Part shown: piece by piece, positions 10,562 through 22,872 of the stretch
Position numbering within the stretch: position 1 is the first letter of the stretch
Layout of the letters: the number at the start of each line of letters is the position of its first letter
Assembly: GCA_973895155.1 (NCBI GenBank)
Contig: OZ316895.1
Coordinates: forward strand, 17,030,170 to 17,094,169
DNA: 64,000 nucleotides
Source: Marsupella aquatica
Lineage: Eukaryota; Plantae; Marchantiophyta
Reading direction: 5' to 3'
Notes under the pieces: generated by a model
What the model saw: the letters and a program-made list of their open reading frames with translations, nothing else
The model's database searches: none
Told to the model about the DNA's origin: nothing
Position numbers and translations under genes: made by a program

Positions 10562-13377
10562 ATGATGGAAGGAGGAGGATCAGCTGATGGGGGAGACGAA
10601 GCGGGCCCATCGCAGACATATGACGAGGTTATGAGGGATTTGTTTGTGGCAAGGGCAGGGCTTTCAGTGGAGGATGCGGCAAGAGTGGTCCCGCTGCTTC
10701 AGGTTCTGTTGGATGCTTCAAAGGGTGAGGGAGAGAAGTCTGCTGTAGCAACAATTGCAGCAGAGAAGGAGGCAAAGAAGAAAAGGAAAGAAGCAAAGAG
10801 GGCTAGGGAAGGTGTTGAGGAGGCTCTGTCTCCTCGAAAGAGAGAGAGAAAGCTTCGAAGGGAAGCTAGGGAGGCTGAGAGGGTGCGAGTGGAGGAGCAA
10901 AAGCAAAGGGAGGCTGAAAGAGCTATGCAACTTGAGCTAGCTATCAATTCAGGTGGGGCTCCCTTGCCCAAGAGCTACAACTTCTTTCGCAGCCAATTCT
11001 TACAGGTTGTGAGGGCCAATTTTGGGCCACTAGACTACTGGGGAAGGAAAACAGAGGATGAGAGGATCAGGGTTCGGGAGCAGATCAAGCAACGATTCAA
11101 GAATGGAGCCTACCTTGACGACAGATTTTTAAACAAGCGAATTTTAGCCTCAGTCTCATACGCAAGGAATCATGTGCGGGACAAGATGAGGGATTACCTT
11201 GCTGATTTGCCAATAGATGCAGAGGCGGTCAGGGAGCACAAGTGTCCAGACTTGCTTCCTAAGGATGCATGGACAGCTTGGCTTGAGGAGGAGCTATCTG
11301 TTCGAGCCTGGCTGAAGAGACGGCATTGGGACAACAAAATTAGGATTGCAAAGGAGAAAAGAGCAGTTGGGGAGGATGTTGATATCCTCCCCTTCCAATA
11401 GAGCCTTCGACAGTGGGCAGCTAAAGCAACACGGCTTCCAAAACCCCCAGCAAGCATCATAGCAGCATTGCAACGAGTGGGAGAGAGACCCATTGTGACT
11501 CACTGTATGGGGCAAGGCGGCTCCAATCGTTTGAAGGCCAAGTTTGTAAGTGGATCCTCCCTCCGCCCTCGCTCCTCTCCCTGACCACCTGACTTCTCTT
11601 GCAAAAAGTGAGCCGTTTGCTTGTTGAGTTTTGCATATAAGCCTTTGCGAAACATGTTTTTTGCCTCGCGGGACTGTGGTGTCTGATGCTCATCAGATGG
11701 TTCCCGCATCGGAAGTAGCATTGGACCTTGTATTATTCAAAAAAAATTTAAGGAACGTCCGATACGCTCCCGATAGAACCCGCATCGGACGTAACATTGG
11801 ACCCCTCATGGTTCCAAGTGTTTATGGAATTAAAATTTAAACAAATCCATTGGCCAGGGCCAATCTAGGATAGGATAGGGCAGTTGCTAGGACCGTGTGC
11901 ATAACATTGTGCATTGGACCCCTTGTTGGAATGACATTTGTTTTTTATTTAGAGGATAGGTTAGGGGTTTAGGGTTAATTATCTAATTATGAGTTATAGA
12001 TTTGTGAGATGGGACACTTTGGTTTAGGCCAGGACTGAGTTGGGAGGGCATTTCATGGTTGAAACATACTTTATTATGCTAATGTGCTCCTTTAATTATA
12101 AAATGTCAGGAGCGGGAGTATGGTCGTCCCATTGATCCAAAAGAAAGGGACCTAGCGGCAAAGGAAGGACTTCGGGCTTTGAAGCGGCACATTGACGATG
12201 AGTTGGGAGAGGTAAGGGTTCCCTCGCCCTAGCTAGGTGGCTTAAGGTACTAGTACATTTGTACAGTTTTGATGGGGTTCCTTCATATTAATTAATCAAT
12301 TAAATTATGTTGTGTACATGATGAGGAGACTTCTGGTAAGGAGGGGTCAGAGGATGAGGATTGAGGATGTGAGGCAGGGTTGGAGGGTGAGCCAAATGTT
12401 GCCCAGACTGTACGTCGAGTAGCCCCGACTGTTCCTAGGGTTTCCCCTACTCTTCCTACAGTTGCCCCTACTCCTTCTAGAGTTGCCCCTACCCTTTCTA
12501 GAGTTACCCCCAGATTGGCAGGGAGGGGAGGTGGGTCATATGTTGTTGGTGTGAGCTCCCATCAGTCACAGGGAGCATCACGGGTTGCAAGGCCAGGGCG
12601 TTCCGAGGGTAGTAGAGGTGGTGCTGGCCCAAGCCATCACTCTAGAGTGGCTGGCCCACCTAGCCCTTCCCGTAGAGTCAATGGTGACTTGGACGATGGT
12701 GGTTCTAGGGGCCGAGCATTGTCCCGTGAGTCAGGTGGGAGCACAGCACGGCATGGGCCAGAGATACCATCCGCAGCTGCAGCCTCCCATGAGGTGTTTA
12801 CAAAAGACAGCAAACAGGAAACAGGATTTAATAATAGAAATTGGTAACAGGAAAAAAACTGGTAACAAGAAAATGGGTGGAATTTTTTTTTGAAATTTTT
12901 TTTTTTGAGAAAAAAAAGGTTTTTTTTTCGGTCGACCAGTTTTTTTACTAGCACTCGGCGCTGCTAATAGTAGCGCCCAAAGCTAGCCAAAAATGTTGCA
13001 TTGTTAATTTTTTTTTGGAAATAACATGTTTTAGGAGACATTTTTAAATTGTCATTTTTCTTGGTAACAGTGATTTTTTCCTGGTAACAGCATATTAAAA
13101 ATAGGAAACAAATTTCCTGTTTACCTATTTCCTGTCTCCGTCGCTATACCCCCTCCCATCACTCTAGCAAGTCCGCTGGGGGGGTGATGCGTCCTTTCAC
13201 ATTGCTAGGTCGAGGGCTGGTGGGACATCTATTGGGCCTGAGCCCCTTACTTGTGTATCTAGTGGGTCAGGGGCTACCCTAGCATTAGACCTACCATCCG
13301 GTGAGCAGGTACCTGCCAAGGTTGTTTCCCACCCTCGTTCTCGCCAGAAGAAGAAGGGACGGAAAGCACCATTTTAG
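10562..13377 (+). pseudogene. TnpA-like (Ptta/En/Spm-type) second CACTA gene, multi-exon
   Basis: Exon 10562-11545 has a premature TAG at 11399-11401 and reads through to THCMGQGGSNRLKAKF|GTAAG (H..G.GG motif of Ptta/En/Spm proteins). Exon 12110-12211 is bounded by AG and GT. A low-complexity S/R/G/P last exon from about 12326 is interrupted by a MITE. The 3' end is approximate. Confidence 0.6.
12791..13152. mobile_element. MITE-like non-autonomous DNA element inserted in the TnpA-like gene
   Basis: Imperfect TIRs of about 37 bp (GAGGTGTTTACAAAAGACAGCAAACAGG versus reverse complement GGGGTATAGCGACGGAGACAGGAAATAGG). (C)CTCCCAT is duplicated at 12783-12790 and 13152-13159 (7-8-bp TSD). AT-rich interior with repeated GGTAACAG. 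Confidence 0.7.
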
Positions 13378-13789
13378 AGGTCAGTGACATGTAGGTAGGT
13401 ACATAGTGTTCCATAGCTTTGATTTGATACTAGTAGGTACTCTAGTGGTATAGTCTTTAGTGAGACTTCCATTCAGGTGTTCTGAGGAGCAGTCAGCCTT
13501 GAGACGGGCTACTAGGTACCTTGGGCCCATTCCATTTTGTACATATCCGGGTGATCCCCTTTTTGGAATCATATTTTGACTACATGTTTTGAGACTCATT
13601 TTGGGACTCATTTTGGATTCAAATTGTCCTAGACCCCAAATATGAACCCCATGAAACCCTACATTCCCCCCAAGAACTAAAACTGGAACATCTTATAAGG
13701 GGTCCGTTTCATCCTACAATGGTAGTTCCGTTCCCAAACCTGTCGGACCTTTTGTTGCAGTAAATATCGCAATTTCCCATCCAAATAAT

Positions 13790-14285
13790 ATCGGACCCCT
13801 CTTCCAACCTAAACCAAACGAATTGACGTATCCGATACTTATACAATCGGATTATCCGTTACCAATGCTTACGGACAAACCGATATAAAAAGAATCGCAT
13901 TATGCGATAGCAATCCCTTCGGAATTTCCGAACCTATTGATATCGGAATGTTCGATGCAGATACTATCGGAATGTTTGATGCAAATACTATCGGAACTTC
14001 CGATGCAAATACTATCGGAACGTTCGATGCAGATACTATCGGATAGCCTAGAAAATAAGATCCTGGTTGCCACATTAATCCAATACAATAACAATCGGAA
14101 CGGATATTATGCGAAGCAATTTCAATCGGAATGTCCGTCACATTGCGCAATGGAAAGTCCGATTAGTGTCCGATGGTCCATATCCGATGCGTTTTGAATG
14201 GGAAAGTGCGTAGCGTGTTGCATCGGACAGCCCAATTTTACTTTGCTTCATTTTCGAAGGGATCCGATGGATGTGGCATCGGATA
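13790..14285. repeat. CACTA subterminal repeat array (ATCGGA/TCCGAT), including a 24-bp tandem repeat
   Basis: Many ATCGGA and TCCGAT copies in both orientations. TACTATCGGAA..TTCGATGCA(G/A)A is repeated about 4 times at 13940-14045. Confidence 0.85.
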
Positions 14286-15249
14286 ATGGGCCAAAAATGT
14301 ACTAGTGATTGAGCAAGTGCTTCATGCCTGACCCATCTCCCTAGGCAGGCCTGGCTGCAACATTTGAGGAAAACTAAGGCCTTCTGGGGCTTTACAAAGC
14401 CCTTTCCATTTGAGTAAAACTAAGGGCAAAGCCCTTCGTCCCTTCAGGGACATCTGATAACATTTCCAATCCTTCCCTTCAAGATCTTCAAATTTTATAA
14501 TAAACAAATAACTTTACTTTACAATAGCAAATCACATACATGATTTAGAGAGTTTTTGTGGACAAACTAAATCTACATTTTCCCTGCATGTTAAGGAATG
14601 TAGAGGGCCTGAATTCCAAGGACTATCAGATGCAAGACAGCCCTTAGCCCTAAGGTCATCGAGTCTGTCACTTGCTCCTCCGTGTGACCTACGAGATTGT
14701 TACTCGGTATGCCAATAATCTCTCCCCTGTAGTTGGTTTTCCGCAAATTCAGCAGGTCCAATTTCGTCGTGGGGACAGCTGAACAAGGATCCACAGCACT
14801 ACTGTGCATACTTTCCTGATGCATATCTGAGACTGCAACCATAGCATTGAGCTCGTGGTAAGAGAGCAAAACCCAATCGCTTTTCTAACCCTTAACATCT
14901 TCAGTTCTATCAGTTCCTGTAGTTTCAAAGGGAAAACCCAGAAGGTTTTTTTTTCTCTGCAGGCGTCGAGATTTCTTTCCTTTTCCTTTGGCTTGTCCAT
15001 TTCAAAATTTGCTCCAGAGCACCATAGCATTTGTGGAAATAGTAATGGCAAGCTCCTTCAACTGGCAAAAGGAGGGATGCCAAGTTAAGTTTGATTCGAG
15101 ACACATTGCTGTAGTTCGTCGAAATTTCCCAGTTGAAAGTTTGGTTTTCGGGTGAGGTCACTTGTGCGCACACACGCGCCATAGTCACACAGCAGCGTCT
15201 ATGTACAATCGATGCGCCCGCGCTTAGGGTTTGTAATTAGGGGTCATTT

Positions 15250-15900
15250 AAAAAAACTCGCAAGGCACAATTCCAATCCGTTGAGAAACTCTTCGCTCCA
15301 TAATTGAATGTCATGTCGCCGAAAGGCCTGTGAGCATGTCTTGCTGGCCTTAATAATTCTGGCCATATGTTCTCCCTAGTTGCTGCGTATGTAGATTGCA
15401 AGTCTGTGCCAAGAACGCTAAATGACCGCCGGGGGATTTGGTCGAGAGTGCTCAAGGAAATGGGAGCATTCTACACCTGCCAGCACCCGATGGTCCGAAC
15501 AGTATTACAGAGCTTTGACGGTATGTCCCAAATATCCGGTACAGTAGCGGTTCTGCTAGGACGACGGGCTTAGCTGCAATTGAACATTGATATGGTTTCA
15601 CAAAGTTGCCCATCTCCAGACCTGCTGCTCCAGTGGGCACCGCCAAGTGCAATTTTCTAAATCTTCCATTTGCTTATTGTTTTACCGGGTACACCAAGTT
15701 CAAAGCAGTGAATGTAAGATGTCTCTAGTGTTGCCAAGCCGGGGATTCGGTGTACCAATTGCGATAGAAAGCAATTTTCAGAGGCGACCCGGTATGGTTG
15801 CCACACAGTTTTCCACAAGCGTCGTGTTTTAGGCTGCCACTGATCTCTTGTGTCCCGTTTGAATACTGCCTTCTTCATGGAAGGTCGCTCGTGTCGTTGA
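15250..15900 (-). mobile_element. Degenerate LINE ORF2 3' remnant (zf-RVT region)
   Basis: Minus-strand fragments LWKTVWQPYRVASENCFLSQLVHRIP, MEDLENCTWRCPLEQQVWRW and TIGCWQV*NA follow the W..W...FLW / E...H.F..C....W / W.IW..RN pattern of plant L1 C-termini. Confidence 0.55.
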
Positions 15901-16639
15901 ATTCTTCTTAGATCCTCCGTGCTTGTTTCACAGGATGGAATGGACATCTATCTTTCCAAGCATACTGCAAAACAATTTGTAGGGTTCTTTGCTGCTAACC
16001 AATTCGGACCCGGTTTTTTATTCATGGAGCTGGTTTTGCGTATCAATACGCATTGCAGTTCGGGCTATATACTGATGTTTCCTTTTTTGTTGAGGCTTGT
16101 TCGGCCTTCTGTTTTTTTAAGTAAGGACACATGTACACACACCCCCAAGAGTCGCACAGCAGCGCCTATGTAGATCTCGGTTTGAGCCCTGAGCTTAGGG
16201 CCTGTAATTAGGGTCCTCTTTGGACAATCACAAGTGCTTTCTAGCTCTTTCATCCTATGCTCTGATGTTTCTATTCTTCCTTCAGTTGTCAATGACAAGT
16301 CGGGGGAGGCTAGCAGAACCACATAGTTATGCCTCGGATCCAACTGGTGTTTGAGTCCTTGTATCTTCATCGTTTGCTTATGATTTCCGCCTCCTCTATG
16401 TTCTAGTTTCTTTCTGCCTTGGTTATACATGCGATACGTGCCGACAGCTTGACTGCCGCGATCCCTCTGAAAAAAGTTATCGCATCAGGGAATCTGACCA
16501 TTGAATGCCACCATTTTTATGCAGCGCTAGACCTTTCAGAACTTGAGCCTTGCCGGTGACATCATGGAGTTAAGGCTCATAAGGAGAGACTTTTGAAGGA
16601 GCTCGTTCTAGTATGACTCTGCTATGACCGCAGCAAATC

Positions 16640-18016
16640 ATGGATATCATTGCGCAGCTGCAAGATCAGGCCAACAAGATAGCGTACATTGCATTCAACA
16701 CAGTGGGGTCGTTGCAGAGGGATGCACCTGCAGCTCGCCTGGCACCGAACTATCCAGAGCCGCCAATCCCGCCTCCCGAAGTGCTTGCTTTAAAAAATGA
16801 GGAACCGAAAACAGCTGCAGTCTCCTTTGTGCAGGCCGTAAAGCAGGTACACGCGAAGAATTATTTTCTTCCTGACATGGCCTTACGCAATGAATATTAG
16901 CTGCAGCTATCTCGGGACTATCTGAGAAAGTGACTTCGCAGTGATTTTAGCAGTAGTTTGAAGCAACTTTGGATGCTACTAGGTTTAACTCTGTTTGAAT
17001 GAAGACAATTTGCTAGGGTTGGCCGGCCCACAAGAAACTATCAATTCTTTTTTATACATTTTATCTTGTGATTTGCGTGAGTTGCTTTATTCTTTTGTGC
17101 TTCTCAATTTTGGGCGCTTTTGTTTTTCGGTGATACAGTTTGATGCGTTAGTTGCTGCACTCCCCATCCATGAAGGGGGTGAGGAAGCTCAACTGAAGAG
17201 AATAAGTGAACTTCAGGTCAGCATAGACAATTTCCTTACAGATCCCCTCTGTTCTCGCTATTGAATTGTATTAGACTACTAGCGTGCAAGAGTAAATAGC
17301 AATTTGCGCGGATCGATTGCACTTTTGGCCATCCTTGCTTCTTCATTCTCCACTTGGTCTGTTGTTTCTGTAAGACTGAGAATAGCAAGGGATCTTTCTA
17401 ATGTGGCGTCCTCACGAGGGCTAGATACCAAAATCATTAACTACAGTAGAGTCAGTGCACCTTTGCATCCCTGTTGCTAACAAGAATTCTATTGCAGGCT
17501 GAGAACGAAAGCATCGGAAAGGAGTTGCAACATGAAGTAGAAGCTGCAGGTCTACTCTCACTCCTGTCTGGACGGCGATCTTTCGCTCGTCTCGTGTTAT
17601 AGTAGATTCGCGATTCCGTTTTACCAACTCTTTGTTTGTTTGTTTTGTTCTCTTCGTTGTCATTGCTTCGTTCTTTAAATCCTCACAAAGACAACGAAAC
17701 TGACTTAAAATTCTTCTCTTAAGAGGGAAAAGTTAGTTTGCAAAACCATATTGAGTTGTAGGTCGAAGAAAGCGACTGTTCTTTGCCGAATGTGTGCTGC
17801 CCATTTTTCAAATTTTGTCCCAAGTAATTGCTCTGGTCTCTTCCATAATCGTACTCAGCTGGTGGGACCTAGGAAATGGTAGGAGTAGATTTTGGGGACC
17901 AGCCTTCTGTTGTTACTAACTCTGTGTTTGCCTTGCCAGAAAATGAGCTCAAACAGCTACGAGAGCTTTTCCATATGGCCGCGGATAATTGTTTACGACT
18001 CAAGCCTCCGTCTTAG
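16640..18016 (+). CDS. MED21: Mediator of RNA polymerase II transcription subunit 21 (4 exons: 16640-16846, 17139-17216, 17498-17549, 17940-18016)
   Basis: Spliced protein MDIIAQLQDQAN...GSLQRDAP...VQAVKQ|FDALVAALP..EGGEEAQLKRISELQ|AENESIGKELQHEVEAA|ENELKQLRELFHMAADNCLRLKPPS* matches plant MED21. All introns are GT-AG and phase-consistent. Confidence 0.95.
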
Positions 18017-19124
18017 AGTGATGGACAATATTCTTGTCCAATATTCAAATCCAATTCCCCGGTTCATGGGACATCGCAAATGCCGTGGTGCATCATTATT
18101 GGACTTTTACTTTTCAGGAAATTTCCTTACGAGACAGACCAAAGAAATCATGTATTCAAAGAGCAGAAAAATTACAACACGCCTCAATATTGGGCCTCAT
18201 GGACTCGATGTCAGAAGCTTCTCCAAGGTTCGGTTTGACTGTCAGTTTGACGTAGGAATGCCGAAAATTAGATCCGAATGATACTGCTGACCTTATCTAG
18301 TCTGAAATAGGTGAGCACCTGCGTATGGAGGATGAGTTGTAGGTGCAATTTGCTGATCTTTCGCAGAATGCATCCTCTGCATGCAACTTTGGATTACCCG
18401 AGTTCTTCTCGACATTAAAGCTTTATACCAAGAAGTGGTGTTTTTCTGCTGTGGATTTGTTCTGTAAGTGATTATTCACTACCAGATTGATCGGTAAAGG
18501 ATGGGTGCAATTGCAGGTTAGCTTTGTCCATCATATCCAATTGACTGTTTGTGATCAGACATCACGTGACATAGACCTAGTTGCGAGGAACAGACGTTGT
18601 TCATTTGCTCATTCATATAGTTTGTTGTGGTTTACCTTTCAAAGTCGTGGCCGCGCTGGGTGTTTTGTATGCTGTAAATGGTTGAGGCGAATCAAATCAA
18701 TTCATCGATTTCTGAGCAAGATTCCTGTTGCAACGTGAGAGCTGTTTCTTAACTACTCTTCCAAAACAAGGTGTTGGAAGGACAGCAGCAGCTTTTTGAA
18801 CAGATATCTTAACCTGCAGGAAGGAATAATGAGAATCTTGTCACGACTTCATTTCCCGAGTATGTGTCTTGGTTGTCTGAGGCCAAATACAGTCGAGCTG
18901 CGATGTAGGGTTTTGCGGAATGTTGCCAATATATGGCAGTTGGTAGCCAATTCTTCAAGAGATCGCTTGAAGAAGACTCTGGAGCCTAGTTTTGCAGTAT
19001 GCATTTCCAATTATGGCGATTCGACCCTGTCCCAAGAGTCCAAGTGTATCTCTTGTCAATTTTTTTAAAGTTATTAAAGTGGCAGAACTGGGAGTTACAG
19101 CAACAGGAGGGGTTCAATATGCTA

Positions 19125-19360
19125 AGGCTGCGTTGGAGATGGTGAGATTCTCTGAGATGGTGAGATACTGTGCAATTGAGATGATGGTGAGCCCTGTCCT
19201 GTTAAACAGTCTGCACGAGATAATTGGTGAGATTTTTGCAATTGAGCCATGCACAAGGTACATGGTGAGATGCTTTGCAATTGACATGATGGCTCCACAA
19301 GATACATGGTGAGATACTTTGCAATTGAGATGATGGTGAGCCATGCACTGTCAAATAGTC
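19125..19360. repeat. Degenerate tandem repeat
   Basis: GGTGAGAT...TGCAATTGA(G/C)ATGATGG recurs about 4 times. Confidence 0.55.
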
Positions 19361-20739
19361 TGCACTACGCTAGCCGGGGAGAGTTGCAGCTCTCATCTTC
19401 TCTCCCTTATTTGCATTTCAGGAGTGACAAAAAGCAAAGTGACTATGTCCATTCCCATCCATGTGTTTAAAAAGCGAAAAGTGGGAGACTGACTATTTTG
19501 TTGTCGGTTTTCTTCCATCTTCTTAACAACGTAAAGAGTGGGAAAAACGATTGTTTTGTGACTATGTCTGTTTGTTCCATGTCCTCAAACCACACCTGCC
19601 TGTATCAAAGCGGCATTCCCTCCTCCCCCCACCGTCCTTAAGAAATACAAATATATTTGTTTAAAACTGCCAAAGAACAAGGAGTGCCCAACTATCTCAA
19701 AGGTGAAAGACCCAATCAAGGGGCGACAAATAAGCCTAAAATGCCAAAGCCAAACGGCACAATACAAGCAACCCCAAAACCTAAGACCCTATCCTCCGGC
19801 AAACTGATTTAGTCAGGGACAATTGACTAAACAGTGACTATGTCCATTTCTTCCATATCTTACTATATAATCGCAAACAGAAGTTATTTTTAAAGGCTAT
19901 GGTCTAGAATGAATACTCTAGACCATAACTCAAATAAGGACAAAATGTATAATGACTTTGAATAAGACAAGTCTAAAACGTGCACCAAAAAATAGATCTG
20001 GGTACACAAAAAAATAGGTATGCAAAGATAATGGAAAAGAATATAGATTTATTAATATTTTCATTTTTATTTTTGTTTTCAATTCTATTTATGTCCTTAA
20101 GAAAGTTAAAAAGTGTGGGAAAGTGAATATTTGTGACTATGTCCATTTCTTGCACATGTTCCTACTAAAAAATATTTGGAGGAAAAGTGAGTATTCCTTG
20201 CTCTCACACATCTTCTTCCAAGTTCCTGACAAAGGGGGAAAAGTGATAAAATGGTGTTCCCACAATTTCATGGAGAGTGCTCTTGAGGCAGAATTAATTC
20301 ATCAATAATGTTCTAGATAAAATCTAAAAAGAGGAGAAAAGTGAATATTTTGCTCCTTTAAATTATTTACGGACCCCCATTAGGGGTCTCTTGCAAATTC
20401 TCTGCCATGAGGTTGCGCCACATCATCACAACTAGCCACAAACAGGAATGATCCTACTTTTAACAATAACAAACATGCACATTCCTGTTTGTGGCAAAAG
20501 CAACGTAATTTTTGGGACGCCATGCCATAAATATTAAACGTAAAAAAAACTAAAATACAAAAGAAGAGATGTCACTTAGTAAAACAAAGTTATCATTTTG
20601 ATGTTTGTCAAAGATATATTAGTGGTTTATATCAAAATGCTTGTATTTTTTAATTGTTTGCAAGTTTGAAAAAATCAATCGATAAAAATGTACATAATTA
20701 AAACCCATTTGGCTTCACATTCTAAAACTAAATAATAAA

Positions 20740-21225
20740 TCTCCTTAGTGCTTGATAAAATTTGCTAATGTTTGATTCATTGGAAAATTCAAGATCAAGA
20801 TTTAGAAACTCGTGATCTCTTTAGTAATGTCTTGATAAAATCTCTCAATGTCACTCATTGGAAAGCTAGAGTAAAATTAAAAACTCATCATCTCCTTAGT
20901 ACTTGACAAAATCTATCAATGTTAGGTTCATTGGAAAGCTAGAGAAATTTAGATACTCATGATCTCTCTATTTCTTGACAAATAATCTCAATGTCACACA
21001 TTAGAAAGTTAAAAAAATTGAAAACCTCCTCATCTTTTGAATACCGTGACAAAATCTAACATAAAATTTGTAAATGTCAGACTCAATGTTAGAAAGCTAA
21101 AAGAATTCATGAACTCATAATCAAAATTTCTTATACTAACACTCATTGGAAAGGCAAAGATATTGAAAGACTCATATGGAACTTCACAAAATTTGTCAAT
21201 TTGAGGCTCATTGGAAACCCTTTCT
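20740..21225. repeat. AT-rich tandem repeat of about 55-60 bp, roughly 8 copies
   Basis: Periodic CTTGA(T/C)AAAAT...AATGT...TCATTGGAAA...AAACTC(A/G)T units. Confidence 0.7.
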
Positions 21226-22399
21226 CGATTAAGAGATATCACAATCTCGTCACCGTCACAAACTTAGCCGCTACAAATTGATTTATTTGATTACGTCACC
21301 ATCGCTTGTCCACAATGCTTGCTTCCCGGCTTGAATTGTTCGCATCTCTTAGATAATCTTCAACTAAAGTTCACTCTAAACACAGGTTGACGCCAAATGC
21401 AGCCTCTATGTCAAAGAACAATTATTGGTCTTCCCATCACACCATAGCTTTCTTAAATAAAAATAACTACAAATCTTTTGTTTGAAGTGAGGGCTCATTC
21501 ATTTTGTGTGTGGTCTTCCCACCAAATTGACAAATGCTCTTTTGCCAACAGCTGAGTGTTGTGCTCTAGTCTGTCTTGTGGGGGTAATGCTCAATGTAAC
21601 TCACAAACAATCAATCAAGAATGGTTGAACGATGATTTCTCCAATGTGTAAGCAAAACTTATAAGAAAACTCAATTCCTCCACATTCAACCTTCTGTTTG
21701 ATAAATCTTTATCTTTTGAGCATTTGTTTTTGTGCGAGCACACACCAACACCATCGGGAGACTCAAAATAGTTAATTACCGTCTTGATGAAAATTGATTT
21801 CACTTAATCACACAAACATTCCTTAGATGAACTTGCTTATAAGGGAGGGAAGCTACTATTGTCCTTGACAAAACTAAAAAAGATATACATCACACTGTCA
21901 CCGAAAAAAGGCTGCACACCTGGAGACATGGTACCAAAAGGCACAACATTCCAGCAAAGTGGAGAAATGAAGGAAAACCCCAAATAGACCAAAAACCCAA
22001 TAAAGGGGGAAATTGGAGGAAGACCCCAAGTAGACAATTGAGGCCCCCACCCGGGGTCCCACCCATAAAAAGGACAAAAGGCCTGCAAAGAAGAAAACGA
22101 AGAACCCAATAAAGAGGGGGGGAAAGGGACTTTTTTGTGCCTGCTGAAACAGTAGGCTTGGGAGGGAAATCGAGAAATTAATGTCCTTTGTGGGAATCCG
22201 CTAGAAATCGAGAAGTTAATGTCAGGATCGTTCGGCACAATTTGCACAAGGCGGGAAGCGGGATTCGATATCTCTCCTTCCAGAAATTTGAAACTTCCTC
22301 ATTCATATTGTTCTGTGTGGTCTTCTACAGACCACAAAACACCTGTTCCATTCTTTGGTGTACAGCGATTCTAGCATTCTGTAGCAATTCGATCTTGAC

Positions 22400-22872
22400 G
22401 AAGGTGAGCTCTCTCTCTCTCTCCCTCTCTCTCCCGTCTGCAATTATCTTAGCACAATTCGCACTTCCATAGGACGAAAGCACACATCCTCATCCTCAGG
22501 GAGGTGAGCTTGCCCTCTCTTTGACCGGTCTGCAATCATCTTTGCACAATCCTGTCTACTGTCTGACCTGATATAATTATAATGCCAACTGCACATCCGC
22601 TCAACCTCAGGGAGGTGAGCTCGCTCTCTCTCTCTCTCACCGGTCTGCAATTATCTTTTGCACAATTCTGTCTACTAGACACCTGATATAATAATACCAA
22701 CTGCCCCCATCCGCTCAAGTGCTCAACCTCATGGAGCCATGGAGGTGAGCTCGCTCTAGTCTCCAGAAGTCCAGATCTCCATCTCTCTCACCGGTGACCG
22801 GTCTACAATCATCTCTGCACAGTTCTGTCTACTAGACACCTGATATAATAATGCCAACTGCACATCCGCTCT
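22400..22872. repeat. Tandem repeat of about 100-130 bp, 4 degenerate copies, upstream of ELP5
   Basis: AGGTGAGCT-(CT)n-GTCT(G/A)CAAT.ATC...GCACA recurs near 22402, 22502, 22614 and 22743. The later copies share CACCTGATATAATAAT.CCAACTGC..ATCCGCTC. Confidence 0.8.

Larger units (their letters stand above)
1..14307 (-). mobile_element. CACTA/En-Spm DNA transposon, decayed; other end lies left of the window
   Basis: Terminus ...AAAAATGTACTAGTG at 14293-14307 (reverse complement CACTAGTACATTTTT), followed by ATT (candidate 3-bp TSD). Dense ATCGGA/TCCGAT subterminal motifs at about 13790-14285. Contains Tnp2-type transposase fragments and a TnpA-like gene. Confidence 0.88.

Noticed and set aside
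13940-14045. 24-bp repeats that superficially resemble a CRISPR array
   Set aside because: No unique spacers, eukaryotic context, and they are part of the CACTA subterminal array.
14591-15051. Short minus-strand ORFs next to the CACTA terminus
   Set aside because: No recognisable homology; the evidence is too weak for a gene call.
21840-22140. A-rich segment sharing CCAATAAAGGGGGAA with about 46127
   Set aside because: May be truncated LINE 3' tails like 50460-50620, but the match is short and no TSD was found.
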